Part shown: positions 11,004 to 23,343 of the stretch, one piece after another
How the letters are laid out: every line of letters starts with the position of its first letter
Numbering within the stretch: position 1 is the stretch's first letter
Origin: an uncultured bacterium
GTDB lineage: Bacteria > Verrucomicrobiota > Verrucomicrobiia > Limisphaerales > UBA8199
Assembly: GCA_963749495.1 (NCBI GenBank)
Contig: CAVVMW010000021.1
Coordinates: 672,001-736,000, forward strand
Direction: 5' to 3'
Length of the DNA stretch: 64,000 nt
Program-made: the position numbers and the translations under genes
Notes under the pieces: model-generated
The model's database searches: none
What the model saw: the letters and a program-made list of their open reading frames with translations, nothing else
What the model was told of the DNA's origin: nothing

Positions 11004-14000
11004 TCAACGCAAGTCGTTGCCCTCGGGATCGAGCGTCACCTTGATCCCCTTGAGCGGATTGCCCTGGGCATCGGTGAACCGAATGGACCCCAGCCAGTAG
11101 CCGAGTTCATTCACCACTTTGAACACCAGCACGTTCAGGCCCGCGTTCAGAGCGAGGTCTGGCACCGTATCCTGGTCGGCGAGAAAGGCGCGCCCAAAGG
11201 GAGACTTGTGGACCTGCTTCCCATTCAGATACACCTTGGCCTCATCGTCGCTGCCGACCAGCATCCGCAGGCCGCGCTGCTCGGCTTCCGACCGCAGGTA
11301 ACAGACCGCATAGGCGACGCTTTGAGTTGTCTCGTGCCCCAGGAGCGAGTTGAAGTCGATCTCGTTGTCCTCCAAGGCCACTGCCCGCCACTTCAACTGG
11401 CCATTCAGAATGGGCCTGGTTTCTCCCGCCTTGGGCCGGAGCCGGGCTTCGCCTTCGATCTGCTCCAAATCCACTCCCGCCGCGCCCCTTTGGCCCGTGG
11501 GTAACGCGATCGGCGCCAGGATGAGCCAGCGTCTGATGGCGCCCTCGTCACGGGCGCGAGCGAGCCGCTGGCGCTCCTGCTCGGCGGTCTGCTCGCGCTG
11601 CCAGGCTGCCAGAGATTGCTCCGCCGCCCGTTCTTCCGCCTCCCACGCGGCCACCTGCTCCGCGGGCGCCGCTGCCCACACCTTGGCCGTCCAATCCTCA
11701 CTGCCAGTGGCAATCCGCTGGCCGTCCGGGGAAAAGGCGACAGACCAAATCGGAGCGGTGTGCCCCTTGAGCGTGAGCAGTTCCTGGCCACTGGCCGCCT
11801 CCCACACCTTGGCCGTTTGATCGTCACTGCCGGTGACAATCCGCTGGCCGTCCGGGGAAAAGGCCACAGACCTAATCCAACGGGTGTGCCCCTTGAGCGT
11901 GGGCAGTTCCCGGCCTGCCTTGTCAACCGAAAGGCCACTGGCCGCCTCCCACACCCTGGCCGTCTGGTCCTGACTGCCGGTGACAATCCGCTGGCCGTTC
12001 GGGGAAAAGGCCACGGAGCCAATCGGACCGCTGTGCCCCCTGAGCGTGAGCAGTGCCCGGCCTGCCTTGTCGGCAGACAGGCCACTGGCCGCCTCCCATA
12101 CCATGGCCGTTTGATCGTCACTGCCGGTGACGATCCGCCGGCCATCCGGGGAAAAGGCCACAGACCAAATCGCACCCCTGTGCCCCGTGAGCGTGCGCAG
12201 TTCCCGGCCTGCCTTGTCGGCAGACAGGCCGCTGGCCGCCTCCCAAACCTTCGCCGTTTGATCGTCACTGCCGGTGACAATCCGCCGGCTATCCGGGGAA
12301 AAGGCCACAGACCAAATCCGATCCGTGTGCCCCGTGAGCGTGAGCAGTGCGTTGCCGCTGGCTGCCTCCCACACCATGGCCGTCTGATCGCCGCTGCCGG
12401 TGACAATCCGGCGGCCATCCGGGGAAAAGGCCACAGACGTAATCTCAGCGCTGTGCCCCTTGAGCGGGAGCAGTGCCTTGCCGCTGGCCGCCTCCCACAC
12501 CATGGCCGTCTGATCGCCGCTGCCGGTGACAATCCGCTGGCCGTCCGGGGAAAAGGCCACAGCCCTGATCCAACTGGTGTGCCCCTCGAGCGTGACCGGT
12601 TCCCGGCCTGCCTTGTCGGCAGACAGGCCGCTGGCCGCCTCCCACACCTTGGCCGTCGCATCCCAACTGCCGGTGACAATCCGCTGGCCGTCCGGGGAAA
12701 ACGCCACAGACCAAATCCGATCCGTGTGCCCCTTGAGCGTGAGCAACTCCCGGCCAGTGGCCGCCTCCCACACCCTGGCCGTCGCATCCAGACTGCCGGT
12801 GATGACCCGCCGGCCGTCCGGGGAAAAGGCCACAGACCAAATCGCGCCCCTGTGTCCCTTGAGCGGGAGCAGTTCCCGGCCTGCCTTGTCGGCAGACAGG
12901 CCGCTGGCCGCCTCCCACACCTTGGCAGTCCGATCCTCACTGCCGGTGACAATCCGCTGACCGTCCGGGGAAAAGGCCACAGACGTAATCTGATCGCTGT
13001 GCCCCTTGAGCGTGAGCAACTCCCGGCCGCTGGCCGCCTCCCACACCTTGGCCGTCGCATCTGCACTGCCCGTAATAATCCGCCGGCCGTCCGGGGAAAA
13101 GGCCACGGACGCAACTCGATCGCTGTGCCCCGTGAGCGTGAGCAGTGGGTTGCCGCTGGCCGCCTCCCACACCTTGGCCGTCTGATCCCAACTGCCGGTG
13201 GCAATCCGCTGGCCGTCCGGGGAAAAGGCCACAGACGCAACGGGAGCGATGTGCCCCGTGAGCGTGAGCAGTGGGTTGCCGGTGGCCGCGTCCCACACCT
13301 TGGCCGTCCGATCCCAACTGCCGGTGGCAATCCGCTGGCCGTCCGGGGAAAAGGCCACGGACGCAATCTGAGCGATGTGTCCCTTGAGCGTGAGCAGTTC
13401 CCGGCCTGCCTTGTCGGCAGACAGGCCGCTGGCCACTTCCCACACCTTGGCCGTCTGATCCCCGCTGCCGGTGACAATCCACCGGCTGTCCGGGGAAAAG
13501 GCCACCGAGGTCACCGCCTGCCGGTGGCCTCGGAGTGTCCTCAAGGCCAGGTGAGTTTGCCGTTGCCAGTAGTGCCATTCGAACCCATGGCCTGGAAAGG
13601 CCTGCGTGTCTTTCAGTAAGCGCCGCAGCCAGCCGATATCGTTTTGCTCCCAGGCCCGTTGGGCCAGGTTCAGGTTGGCCACATAGAAGAGGCGGTCTGC
13701 CCGCAGGTGCGCCTGCTTCTCGGCCTGCTGGGACCGTTCAGCGGCGAGCCGCTGCTCCGTTTCGGCATTCCTGGCCGTGCTGGCCACGATGGCCTGCCAA
13801 CTGCTCACGCCGGTTCCCACGACCAATGCCGCCGCCATCACCGCCGCCGCGGTAAAGGCCAGTTTGTTGCGCCGCCAGGCCTTCCGGAGCCGGTAAGCCG
13901 TGCTGGGCGGCCGGGCCACGACCGGTTCGTCGCGGAGATGCCGCTGGAGATCGGCGGCCAGACCATTGGCCGTCGCGTAACGGCGCGCCCGGTCCTTCTC

Positions 14001-15089
14001 GAGGCACTTCATGACGATCCAATCCAGGTCGCCACCGAATAGCCGGCCAAGAGCCAGTTCGCTGGCGCCACGGTTCCGGGCCACGCTGCCGCGCTGCTCG
14101 CCTTGGAGGGTGCTCAGGCGTGTGGAAGGCCGTTCCGGTTCCTCCTCCAGGATGATCCGCTGCATCTCCTGGTAGCTGGCGCTGCGCAACTGCTTCTCCG
14201 GGAAAGGTGTCGTCCCGGTCAGCAATTCGTAGAGCAGCACCCCCAGGGCGTAGATGTCGCTGCGCGTATCCACATCCAGGCGGCTCATTTCGGCCTGCTC
14301 CGGACTCATGTAGGCCGGCGTGCCGATCATCGTCGCGTAGTCGGTGAAGTACGTCTTCTCGGTCAGTTTCTGGTTGGTGGCTTTGGCCACGCCGAAGTCG
14401 ATCACCATGGGCATGGGCACGCCGGCATTGAGCGTGACCAGGATGTTGGTTGGCTTGAGGTCGCGGTGAATGATCCCTTTTTGGTGCGCGCTCTGGATGG
14501 CCTGGCAGACGGGAATGAAGAGCTTGATCCGCTCCTCGGCGGGAAGGCGGTTCCGGTCGCAAAACTCGGTGATGGGCACGCCCTGAACCAGTTCCATCAC
14601 GAAGTAAGGCCGGCCCGTGTCGGTCGCCCCGCCATCGAGCACCTTGGCGATGCTCGGATGGTCCATGAGGGCCAGGGCCTGGCGCTCGGCCTCGAAGCGG
14701 GCCACGACCTGCTTGGTGTCCATCCCCAGCTTGATAATCTTCAGGGCCACGCGCCGGCGGACCGGTTCCTCCTGCTCCGCCATATACACCACCCCCATGC
14801 CGCCCTCGCCGATCTTCTGCAGCAGCTTGTAGCGGCCAATCACCGCCCCGATGCCTTCACCAACCAACGGCTCAGCCGGCGCCATCCGCTGCAAATCCGC
14901 CGCCGGGTCCTCCAGGAACCCATCCTCCGCATGGTGCCGGAGCAGCGACTCCAAACGGGCGCGCAACGGCGCATCGTTCCCACAAGCCCGGTCCAGAAAC
15001 GCCGCGCGTTCGCCGGCAGACGGCCTTTCCAGCGCCGCCAGGAAAATCTCCCGCTCGCGGTCCAACGACGCATCCGGATTCGCATTCAT
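11004..15089 (-). CDS. Ser/Thr protein kinase with TM/coiled region, 14 WD40 repeats and a C-terminal beta-sandwich
   Basis: [31 protein letters not shown]; 14 GH...W[ED] repeats. Confidence 0.95.
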   Translation of the reverse strand: MNANPDASLDREREIFLAALERPSAGERAAFLDRACGNDAPLRARLESLLRHHAEDGFLEDPAADLQRMAPAEPLVGEGIGAVIGRYKLLQKIGEGGMGVVYMAEQEEPVRRRVALKIIKLGMDTKQVVARFEAERQALALMDHPSIAKVLDGGATDTGRPYFVMELVQGVPITEFCDRNRLPAEERIKLFIPVCQAIQSAHQKGIIHRDLKPTNILVTLNAGVPMPMVIDFGVAKATNQKLTEKTYFTDYATMIGTPAYMSPEQAEMSRLDVDTRSDIYALGVLLYELLTGTTPFPEKQLRSASYQEMQRIILEEEPERPSTRLSTLQGEQRGSVARNRGASELALGRLFGGDLDWIVMKCLEKDRARRYATANGLAADLQRHLRDEPVVARPPSTAYRLRKAWRRNKLAFTAAAVMAAALVVGTGVSSWQAIVASTARNAETEQRLAAERSQQAEKQAHLRADRLFYVANLNLAQRAWEQNDIGWLRRLLKDTQAFPGHGFEWHYWQRQTHLALRTLRGHRQAVTSVAFSPDSRWIVTGSGDQTAKVWEVASGLSADKAGRELLTLKGHIAQIASVAFSPDGQRIATGSWDRTAKVWDAATGNPLLTLTGHIAPVASVAFSPDGQRIATGSWDQTAKVWEAASGNPLLTLTGHSDRVASVAFSPDGRRIITGSADATAKVWEAASGRELLTLKGHSDQITSVAFSPDGQRIVTGSEDRTAKVWEAASGLSADKAGRELLPLKGHRGAIWSVAFSPDGRRVITGSLDATARVWEAATGRELLTLKGHTDRIWSVAFSPDGQRIVTGSWDATAKVWEAASGLSADKAGREPVTLEGHTSWIRAVAFSPDGQRIVTGSGDQTAMVWEAASGKALLPLKGHSAEITSVAFSPDGRRIVTGSGDQTAMVWEAASGNALLTLTGHTDRIWSVAFSPDSRRIVTGSDDQTAKVWEAASGLSADKAGRELRTLTGHRGAIWSVAFSPDGRRIVTGSDDQTAMVWEAASGLSADKAGRALLTLRGHSGPIGSVAFSPNGQRIVTGSQDQTARVWEAASGLSVDKAGRELPTLKGHTRWIRSVAFSPDGQRIVTGSDDQTAKVWEAASGQELLTLKGHTAPIWSVAFSPDGQRIATGSEDWTAKVWAAAPAEQVAAWEAEERAAEQSLAAWQREQTAEQERQRLARARDEGAIRRWLILAPIALPTGQRGAAGVDLEQIEGEARLRPKAGETRPILNGQLKWRAVALEDNEIDFNSLLGHETTQSVAYAVCYLRSEAEQRGLRMLVGSDDEAKVYLNGKQVHKSPFGRAFLADQDTVPDLALNAGLNVLVFKVVNELGYWLGSIRFTDAQGNPLKGIKVTLDPEGNDLR

Positions 15090-15143
15090 AAATTCGCTTC
15101 ATGTAGAGAAGCGGAATTCCTAAACCATTCCCGCCAAGTTCTT

Positions 15144-15719
15144 TTAGCGCCCGCCGCCGGCCTGGATTTCCTCGCGCAGCCACGTCTTGGCGAAGGTCCA
15201 CATCCGCTCGGCGGTGCGCAAGGGCAGGCCGAGCGACCCGGCGGCTTCCCCCACGCTCAAGCCCGCAAAGTAGCGCAGCTTGACCAGTTCAGCGGACACG
15301 GGATCGCGCCGGGCGAGTTGATCCAGCGCCTCGTGGACCGCCAGCAGTTGATCATCCGCCGAGACCGCCTGGAGCTTGGAATCCGACAACTCCACACGCT
15401 GGGGGTTGTCCCCGCGCTTCTCCGCGGTGCGTTGCCGCGCGCGATCCACCAGGATGCGGCGCATCGCCTCGGCGGCGGCCCGGAAGAAATGCTCGCGGCC
15501 GTTCCAGCCCTGGCTGGTGCCTCCGGTGAGCCGCAGCCAGGCCTCGTGCACCAGCGCCGTGGGTTGCAGCGTCTGGCCGGGCGCTTCCTTCGCCATTTTG
15601 GCCGCGGCCAGTCGGCGCAACTCCTCATAGACCAGCGGCAGCAGCTTCTCGGCCGCTTGCGCATCTCCGGCCCCAACCGCATCGAGCAGTTGGGTCGCTT
15701 GTTCCGCTGACTCGCCCAT
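15144..15719 (-). CDS. ECF sigma factor, kinase-associated TIGR02999-type
   Basis: LLPLVYEELRRLAA, TLQPTALVHEAWLRL, LVKLRYFAGLS; directly upstream of the kinase. Confidence 0.92.
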   Translation of the reverse strand: MGESAEQATQLLDAVGAGDAQAAEKLLPLVYEELRRLAAAKMAKEAPGQTLQPTALVHEAWLRLTGGTSQGWNGREHFFRAAAEAMRRILVDRARQRTAEKRGDNPQRVELSDSKLQAVSADDQLLAVHEALDQLARRDPVSAELVKLRYFAGLSVGEAAGSLGLPLRTAERMWTFAKTWLREEIQAGGGR

Positions 15720-15858
15720 AATTGAGTCTCCCAGCCTTCCCCCGCGGAACGCCATGTTCCCGACATAAGGCAGTGAAACCACCATTATTAGACACCCAAA
15801 TCGCCCAAAGCGCAAGCCGGCAGTGGGGCTGAGGGGCGAGAGGGCCGTTGACAAAGTC

Positions 15859-15969
15859 GTAGCGCAGGTTTCCAAACCTGCTGTATCGCCGATTTCCAAT
15901 CGGCAGGGCGTCGGCATCTCAAGCGCCCCCGGTTTGCGGACGGCCTGCGGGTTTGGAAACCTGCGCTAC
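15859..15969. repeat. REP-like inverted repeat
   Basis: gtagcgcaggtttccaaacc ... ggtttggaaacctgcgctac, perfect 20-bp arms. Confidence 0.85.
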
Positions 15970-16051
15970 CCAGCACCGGAGGCCTGAAACCGCTTTCAAA
16001 TTCTGAAATGTGAGGCCTAGTTGGGCGGCCCCTGGGCGGTGGTTGGTTCCT

Positions 16052-17583
16052 TTACTGGCTCAACCGGAAGAACAAATTCCCCGACGGCGATGCAACGGTC
16101 ATGAAATTATTCGTCCCGTCGTTGGAAATGCCGCTGCTCGGCACCCAGTTCGTCGCGTTTAAATCCGGGTTCTGCTGCAGCGTCCAGCCCGCGGAAGGAT
16201 ACGGCCAGGAGATTCTCAGGCTGTTCCCTGAACGCGCGAGAGCCAACGGGGGTGCCGGCGCCGCATTGGCGGCAGCCTGGCTTGGGTCCGTGAGCCGCCC
16301 CAGGAAGAGCAGGCTGCCCGACTGAGTGTCACGGATGAAAAACAGGAACGGATGATCGGCCCGGAAGAGGAAGACCGTAGGGCCATCGCCAGGACGACCA
16401 CAAGTGAAGGAGTCGCCGACAACCGTTGCCGCAGCCGCTTCTGTGCCTGCCTCGTTTACTTGCCCCCACGCCCTATGGAAGACATGGGTAATGAAGAGAT
16501 CCCTCGCCCCGTCTATTCCAGAAAAGTCAGCCACTCCCGGAGTGAACGCATCCGGCATCCCCATTGCCTCCAGCGTGTTCTTCAGCTCGAAGGAGGACTC
16601 CAGTGTGAACCTGGGCAGGAAGATATCAACCTGTTGCTCGACCATTTGCGCGAGGACGTTCGGAAAGAAACGCGGGGGAGAGCTGCTGCTCCAGTTGCCC
16701 CAGGCCATCGAATCCCCGCGGCAGCAGTATCACCATCGAAACCTGGTTGCTCCCGTAGGGCAGCTCGAGTGCCTGGAAATCACCGGTCTCCATGTAGTTG
16801 TAAAGATTTGTCGATGGCGGCTGGTGCATGAGTGGAGCTTCCACCTGATTGCTGCTGGAGAGATAGAACGGCTGCGTCGCAGTGTTGGTTTGGGCAAACG
16901 CCTGGGTCCAGACGCCCAGGAAGTATATGGCGTTAGCCAGCACCAGCCGGGTGCTGGGGTCCAGGCTGCCAGGCGGCAGAATATTTTGGATCTTGTTCTG
17001 GGTCTCTTGCGCCACCCAATTGTTGATCGTCAGCCTTGCCGCATCGGCTGAGGTGATGAAGTCGGCCTGGTTGACGCTGGCCTGGTATTGGGTGGTGGCG
17101 CTTGCCAGAAACGCGGGCAGGAAAGGATAGCCCTCCTGGGTCCAGAGCGCATTGGCGATGTTCAGCTCGATTGCGTTCGTCTCCTGGCTCGCGCTGAGTT
17201 CGCCCTGCAGTTCACCGAAGAGCGAGGCGAATTGTCCCTGGTCCGTGCCGAAACCGAGGACCTGGGCCATTTGCTGCTCCGTGTTGCCACTTGCGCCCGC
17301 GTAGGTCATCGCCAGGCAGGTGGAGATGCTGTAAGGCGAGAAGAAAAGGTTGCCCGTGTTGGTCGCCAGTTGCGTGTAGAGGTTCAGGGCAAAAGCCGTG
17401 TTGCTGGCGACCAGGGGATCCACCTGGGCGGTTGCAGCCATTGGCCCCCCGAGAACGATGAGGCCCAAGAAGACCGGCAGGGCTTGTTTCATTTGTTTGC
17501 CCCGGTGGTGGCGGAGAGCGGATTCGCACCTCTCGTGTGCGGTCTGGTCGTGGGCGTCAGCGGTTGGAATGGTGTTTTTCATA
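16052..17583 (-). pseudogene. Secreted serpin with C-terminal FFR domain, frameshift near 16660
   Basis: NLFFSPYSIS, LANAIYF.G.W, VNEAGTEAAAAT hinge, FRADHPFLFFIRD across two frames. Confidence 0.88.
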
Positions 17584-17714
17584 ATTCGAGTGGTTTTCAG
17601 TCGTTGTTGCGCGGCGCGCGAGCCGATGCTCCTCACTGACAGGGATACCGCCCTGAGAATTGGCGTCGCGCTCATCCTTCATTCTTCTTAATCTATAGTT
17701 CATCCTTGTTCCTC

Positions 17715-20210
17715 TCACGGCACGGAGCGGGTCCGATAAAAGGCCTGCGGCAGGCGGTTTGAGTTGGTGAACGTCAAGTATCCGGCCGTGGCCGCGTTTG
17801 CGGTCGAGGCCCTGTTGGTGCCTTGCGGCACCCAGTTCACGGGCGGCTTCAAGCTGGTCGCGAGGTCGAGGGCATAGCTCGCGCTGGGAGCGCCGAGGTA
17901 GGTGAAAACGTTCGTCCCGGTTCCCGCCCTGGCCAACAACAACTGGTTGGGAGTTGGCCCGGAGAGCAGCGCCTTGGCCAGGCAGAAGGAGACGTTGGTT
18001 CCTGCCGTCTGGAAGCCCCCGCCCACGTAAAGGTTCCCTGATCTATCGCAGGCTAGAGCATTGATGTAGCCGCCCACTCCCGAGCCGAGGACCGACCAGG
18101 AACTGCCGTTCCACTTGGCGATGTTGTTGGCCGGTATCTGGCCCGCCGTGGTGAAGGAGCCGACGCCGTAGAGGTTCCCCTTGGTGTCGAAGGCCAGGGC
18201 AAAGACAGAGGTGTTTGCGTCACCTATTCCGGAGCCGAGGGCGGACCAGGCGCTGCCGTCCCATTTGGCGATGTTGGCGCAGCTGACTCCGCCCGCCGTG
18301 GTGAATCTTCCGCCCGCGTAGAGGTTCCCGGGACCATCCCAGGCTAAGCCCCTGACTTCACCGGGGGGTGGCCAGATGCCGGCGCCGAGAGCGGACCAAA
18401 CACTGCCGTTCCATTTGGCGATACCGTTGACGCTTACCGCGCCCGCCGTGTGCAGGTTGAACCCGGCCACGTAAAGGTTTCCGGAACCATCGCAGGCCAG
18501 GGCGGTGACCAAACAGGGACCATACGCATCCTCGAGGGGCCCACCCCCAACCCAAGGGCCGACCAACTGCTACCGTTCCATTTGGCGATGCAGTTGGCCC
18601 CCACGCCACCCGCGTTGGTGAAATAGCCGCCCGCGTAGAGACTTCCGGACTTATCGAGGGCCAGGGAAAAGACATAGGGACCATACCCCTCAAAATTCAC
18701 GCCGCTCACGCCCGAGCCGAGCCCAGACCAGGTGCTACCGTTCCACTTGGCGACGTTGTTGGCACTCACGCCACTCGCGGTGGTGAATTCCCCGCCTACG
18801 TAAAGGTCCCCGGAACTGTCGAAGGCCAGAGCATTGACCTGCCCGGCCACCCCCGAACCGAGAGCCGACCAGGAACTGCCGTTCCATTTGGCGATGTTGT
18901 TGGCGCTCACCCGACCCGCACGCGTGAAGGCCCCCCCTGCGTAAAGGTTCCCGGAACTGTCGAGGGCTAGAGCACAGACGTAGCCGTTCAAACTCAGCGT
19001 TGCCAAACCAAGTGCGGACCATGCGTTGCCGCCCCATTTGGCAATGTTGTTGGCGGCCACCGTGCCCGCCGCGCTGAAGTCTCCGCCCGCGTAGAGGTTC
19101 CCGGAGCTGTCGCAAGCCAGGGCCAAGACCCAGGTGGCAGTCACGCCGCTCACCCCCGACCCGAGGGCCGACCAAGCGTTCCCGTCCCATTTGGCGATGT
19201 TGTTGACCGTCACCCCGCTCGCCGTGGTGAACCACCCACCCGCGTAGAGGTTCTCGTCAGTGTCCAAGGCCAATGCATAGACGGAGCCGGGGCCTGTGCT
19301 GCCTATCCCCGGGCCAAGGGCGGACCAAGCGATGCCGTCCCATTTGGCGATGTTGTTGGCGATCACTCCGACCGCATTGGTGATGACGAAACCCCCGCCC
19401 GCGTAAAGGTTCCCCGAACGGTCGCAGAACAGGGCACAAACGACAGCCCCACTCCCGCTGCCGGGCTTCAGGCCCGAGGCCAGCGCCGACCAGGCGCTTC
19501 CGTTCCATTTGGCGATATAGCCGGTGTTGCCCAGATCTCTGTCTATGGTGTAGGAGCCCGCGTAGAGATTCCCGGAACCATCGCAGGCCAGGGCAGAGAC
19601 GCCGCCCGGAAGGTTGGTGTACGAACCGAGGGCGGACCAGGTGCTGCCGTTCCACTCGGACACACCGCCGGAGATCACAGACTCCTTGGAACCTGATGTC
19701 CACGATGCTCGCCCAACCGGCGTAGAGGTTCCCATTAGTGTCCAAGGCCAGGGCAGTGACAGTGGCGTCCATGCCTGAGCCGAGGGCGGACCAAGTGCTG
19801 CCGTCCCATCGGGCAATGTTCCTGGCATTCACCCCGCCCGCATTGGTGAACGACCCGCCTGCGTAGAGGTTCCCCCTGCTGTCGCAGGCGAGCGCAGAGA
19901 CGCCACCGTTTAGGTCACCAACCCCTGACCCGAGTGAGGACCAGGCACTGCCATCCCACTTGGCGATGTTGGTCGCAATAACCGTGCCGATCGTGCTGAA
20001 GCCTCCACCCACCGCGCCATTGTAGATGTTGAGCCCTCCTCCCCCCGCATAAACATTGCCATTCGCATCTGCCGCCATTGCGTTGATCTGACCGCCCGCG
20101 CCTGGCTGTCCGCCCATGCTGACCCAGTTGGCGTCGCTGAAGGTTGGTTGCCCGAGCAGGCGCAACTGGGCCATGCTCAGCATTGCCAGCGCAAAAATTG
20201 ATGTTTTCAT
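17715..20210 (-). pseudogene. Secreted beta-propeller repeat protein, two frameshifts (about 19690 and 18540)
   Basis: ALA.D.SGNLYAGG.F..AG..ANNIAKW.G..WSALGSG repeats continue over three ORFs; signal peptide; FYR end. Confidence 0.85.
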
Positions 20211-20530
20211 AATTCACCCAAGTAGTGAGTCCGCAGGAGGGGCCCATCGTTTGCCGCGGAGCACTCTCTGTTCTCTCCGTTTCCCCCTGTTCTGTTCTGA
20301 ATCGTGAAGGTCAAGAGGATTGTTCGCTCGCGGTCCAACGGCGCACTCGGATTCGCACTCACACATTCGCTTCATGTAGAGAAGCGGAATTCCTAAACCA
20401 TTCCCGCCAAGTTTTTTTGGAGCCAGCGGCAAAATTGACCGCAAAGAACGCAGAGATCACAAAGAAACGCCTCAATTCCGTCGGCCTTTGCGTTCTTTGT
20501 GTTCTTTGCGGTTAATTCCGCAACCTGTTC

Positions 20531-20880
20531 TTAGGCGCCGGCCTGGATTTCCTCGCGCAGCCACGTCTTGGCGAAGGTCCATAATCGCTCGGCCCTGAGC
20601 AAGGGCAGGCCGAGCGACCCGGCGGCTTCCGCCATCCTCAAGCCCGCAAAGTAGCGCAGCTTGACCGGTTCGGCGGACACGGGATCGCGCCGGGCGAGTT
20701 GATCCAGCGCCTCGTGAACCGCCAGGAGTTGATCATCCGCCGAGACGGCCTGGAGCTTGGAATCCGACAACTCCACACGCTGGGGGTCGTGCCCGCACTT
20801 CTCCGCGGCGCGTTGCCGCGCGCGCTCCACCAGGATGCGGCGCATGGCCTCGGCGGCGGCCCGGAAGAAATGCTCGCTGT
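20531..20880 (-). pseudogene. 3' duplicate of the TIGR02999-type ECF sigma gene
   Basis: Near-identical to about 15144-15497; N-terminus missing. Confidence 0.85.
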
Positions 20881-20999
20881 GAGGGTAATTCTTCAAGATG
20901 GCCTCCAACTGCACAAGGATGTTGGAACGAGTGATCAACGGCATCTCAAAGCTTTCAATGGCCCGCCACATCATCGCGTGGCCGATGTCTTTTTTGTGA

Positions 21000-22650
21000 C
21001 GCCCTGCAATATGCCCACGACCAAGGCATCGTCCACCGCGACATCAAACCGGAAAACATCCTCCTGGACCGGCGAGGGCGCGTGAAGGTGGCGGACTTTG
21101 GGTTGGCCAAGCTGCTCGGGGCTGCCGCCGAACCGGTGGCGGGCGCGGCGTCCAACCCCGCAACCTTGACCCAAGCCGGCAAGATCATGGGGACACCCAA
21201 CTACATGGCCCCGGAGCAGTTGGACCACCCAGAGGCCGTCGATCACCGCGCCGACATCTACTCCCTGGGCGTGGTGTTTTACCAAATGCTCACCGCGCAA
21301 CTGCCCGGCAGGGACCTCGAACCGCCTTCGCACAAAGTGCAGATTGACGTCCGCCTGGATGAAGTCGTGCTCCGGGCGTTGGAAAGGAACCCCGAACGGC
21401 GCTACCCCCAGGCCAGCGCCTTCAAGACCCAGATCGAGGCGATCGCTGCCTCCGCCGCCGAACCGCTGTCGGATCGAGGCCAGCCTACAGGCGCGGATGC
21501 TGCCTTGGCCGATTCGAGGACGGCCATGCGCAAGATACTGCTCTGGCACGCGCTGCTTCTGCTGATCGTCGTGGCGCTGTTCATCGCCGCCAGCTACCTG
21601 GTTGAGCGATATGCGACGGCGCTCGCGCCGGGCGGGCAACTGCCGGCAGCCACTCGCCTGGTCTGCGCCCTGGCCGCCACCGTCGAAGGCTGGTGGTTCG
21701 TCATCATCCCTGCTTTGCTGGGCCTGGATGCCGCGCTTTGCTGGGCAGCCAGACGCCTTGCCGGACGGCGCGGCCTGGCGTTCTGCTCCGTCGCCGGTGT
21801 CATGGTCTCGCTGCTGGCCGCCGTCTATGCGGCTATAGCGGCTTTGTTGCCCTTGGAAGATGCGCTGCGCCAGCAGAGACCCGAGGCCAGCTCCCTTGGT
21901 GGAGCCGCGCGGAACAGGGCGGATGCCGCTCCGCCGGCATCGGAAGAACAACTGCTGGCTCGTTTTAAGTCGGCACTGGAGAACAAGGACACCAATGCTC
22001 TGATGGCCTTGGTTAATTGGCAGGGTGTTCCAGAACCTACCAGGCTCCCTTGGCTCTTTCCGGTGCAACAATTCCTGGCCCACTTGCCCGCCGGCGCGCC
22101 CGTCTCGGTCCGGTGCCGGCCCCTGCCGCCGGATTTCGAAACCGAAATGGTGCGCGACGGCATCCGCTATCTACCGAACGTCGAGCTTCTGGGCATGGTG
22201 GACTACTCCTTCGCAGTTATGAATAATGGAACCAACACCGGTTGGTCCATTTCGATGCCCTACGGAACGAAAGGCGGTTCGTTCTACCTCGCCGGGACGG
22301 CCGGGCAGAAGATCTATGAGCCAAAAACCAAAGATAAGGTGCTCACGGCGCAAATTGATGGGGTCACCTTCGGCCCCCACACCACGACGATCACCGGGTC
22401 CTGCGTCTATGTTCAAAACGGCAAAGAACTCAAGAAAGACTTCAAGGGCTCTACGCACATCCTTATGTTCGGCGACTATATAAAGTCCTGCATCGTGCAG
22501 ATAACCTCCGAAGACAAACAGGCGCCGCAACTCTTCATCAACGAGGACGGGAAAAGGGTCTTTGAGTCCGCAAAACTCGACGGCAAGGAACCCATCGTTT
22601 ACGAGCAACCCGCCCAACCGCCCGCAGCGAATCAAAAGGCCGGCCATTGA
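21000..22650 (+). pseudogene. N-truncated, frameshifted membrane Ser/Thr kinase
   Basis: HRDIKPEN encoded near 21030-21060, then DFG and [10 protein letters not shown]-lobe absent; TM helices follow. Confidence 0.8.
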
Positions 22651-23343
22651 ACCCCGAGAATCCGACCGGTGCCGACCCCGCCCCCGACGGCATTTTCGCC
22701 ACGACGCAATGGACGCGAATACTGGCCTCCCGTGGCGACTCGCCCCAAGCCCACCAGGCGCTCGGCGATCTGTGTGCGGCCTACTACCTGCCGGTGTTCG
22801 TTTTGATGCGCCGCGCCGCCCGGAACGAGGAGAACGCGCGTGACCTGACCCAGGAGTTCTTCGCCCGCCTCCTCTCCGGGCACGGGCTGGCCCAGGCCGA
22901 CCCGCAGCGGGGGCGCTTTCGCTTCTTTCTCCTGGGGGCGGTCAAGCATTTCCTGGCCGATGTCCGCGATCGCCGGAGCCGCCTCAAACGCGGCGGCGGC
23001 CAGTCTCCCCTCTCCCTCGACTCCGCCCGGGAGACCTCCCCGGCCCTGCAAGTCGCGGACACCAGCCTGTCCAGCCCGGAGCTCGAGTTTGACCGCCAGT
23101 GGGCGCTGACGTTTTTGGCCCGGGCGCTGGATCGGCTCTCGGGTGAGCAGGCTGCGGCCGGCAAAGCCGCACAGTTCCAGGCGCTTAAGCCATGGCTCAT
23201 CCCGTCTGAGCCGGGGGTTGCCCAAGGTGAGGTCGCGGCGCGCCTGGGAACGACCCCGGGGCCCTGAAAGTGGCCGTCCACTTCGCGATCCGGATGACCT
23301 GCGCGACCCGCTTGCCCAGATTCAGCAGGTTCTGATCCGATAG
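22647..23343 (+). pseudogene. ECF sigma factor, 3' end disrupted
   Basis: FATTQWT, DLTQEFF, RGRFR.FLL, FDRQWA; frame breaks in region 4. Confidence 0.75.

Noticed and set aside
11405..13619. Long alternative-frame ORFs over the WD40 repeats (also 8692-10155 over the NHL repeats)
   Set aside because: Shadow ORFs of GC-rich repetitive coding DNA
16600..19800. Programmed frameshifting in the serpin and propeller genes
   Set aside because: No slippery motifs recognised; indels are scattered window-wide, consistent with decay or sequencing error
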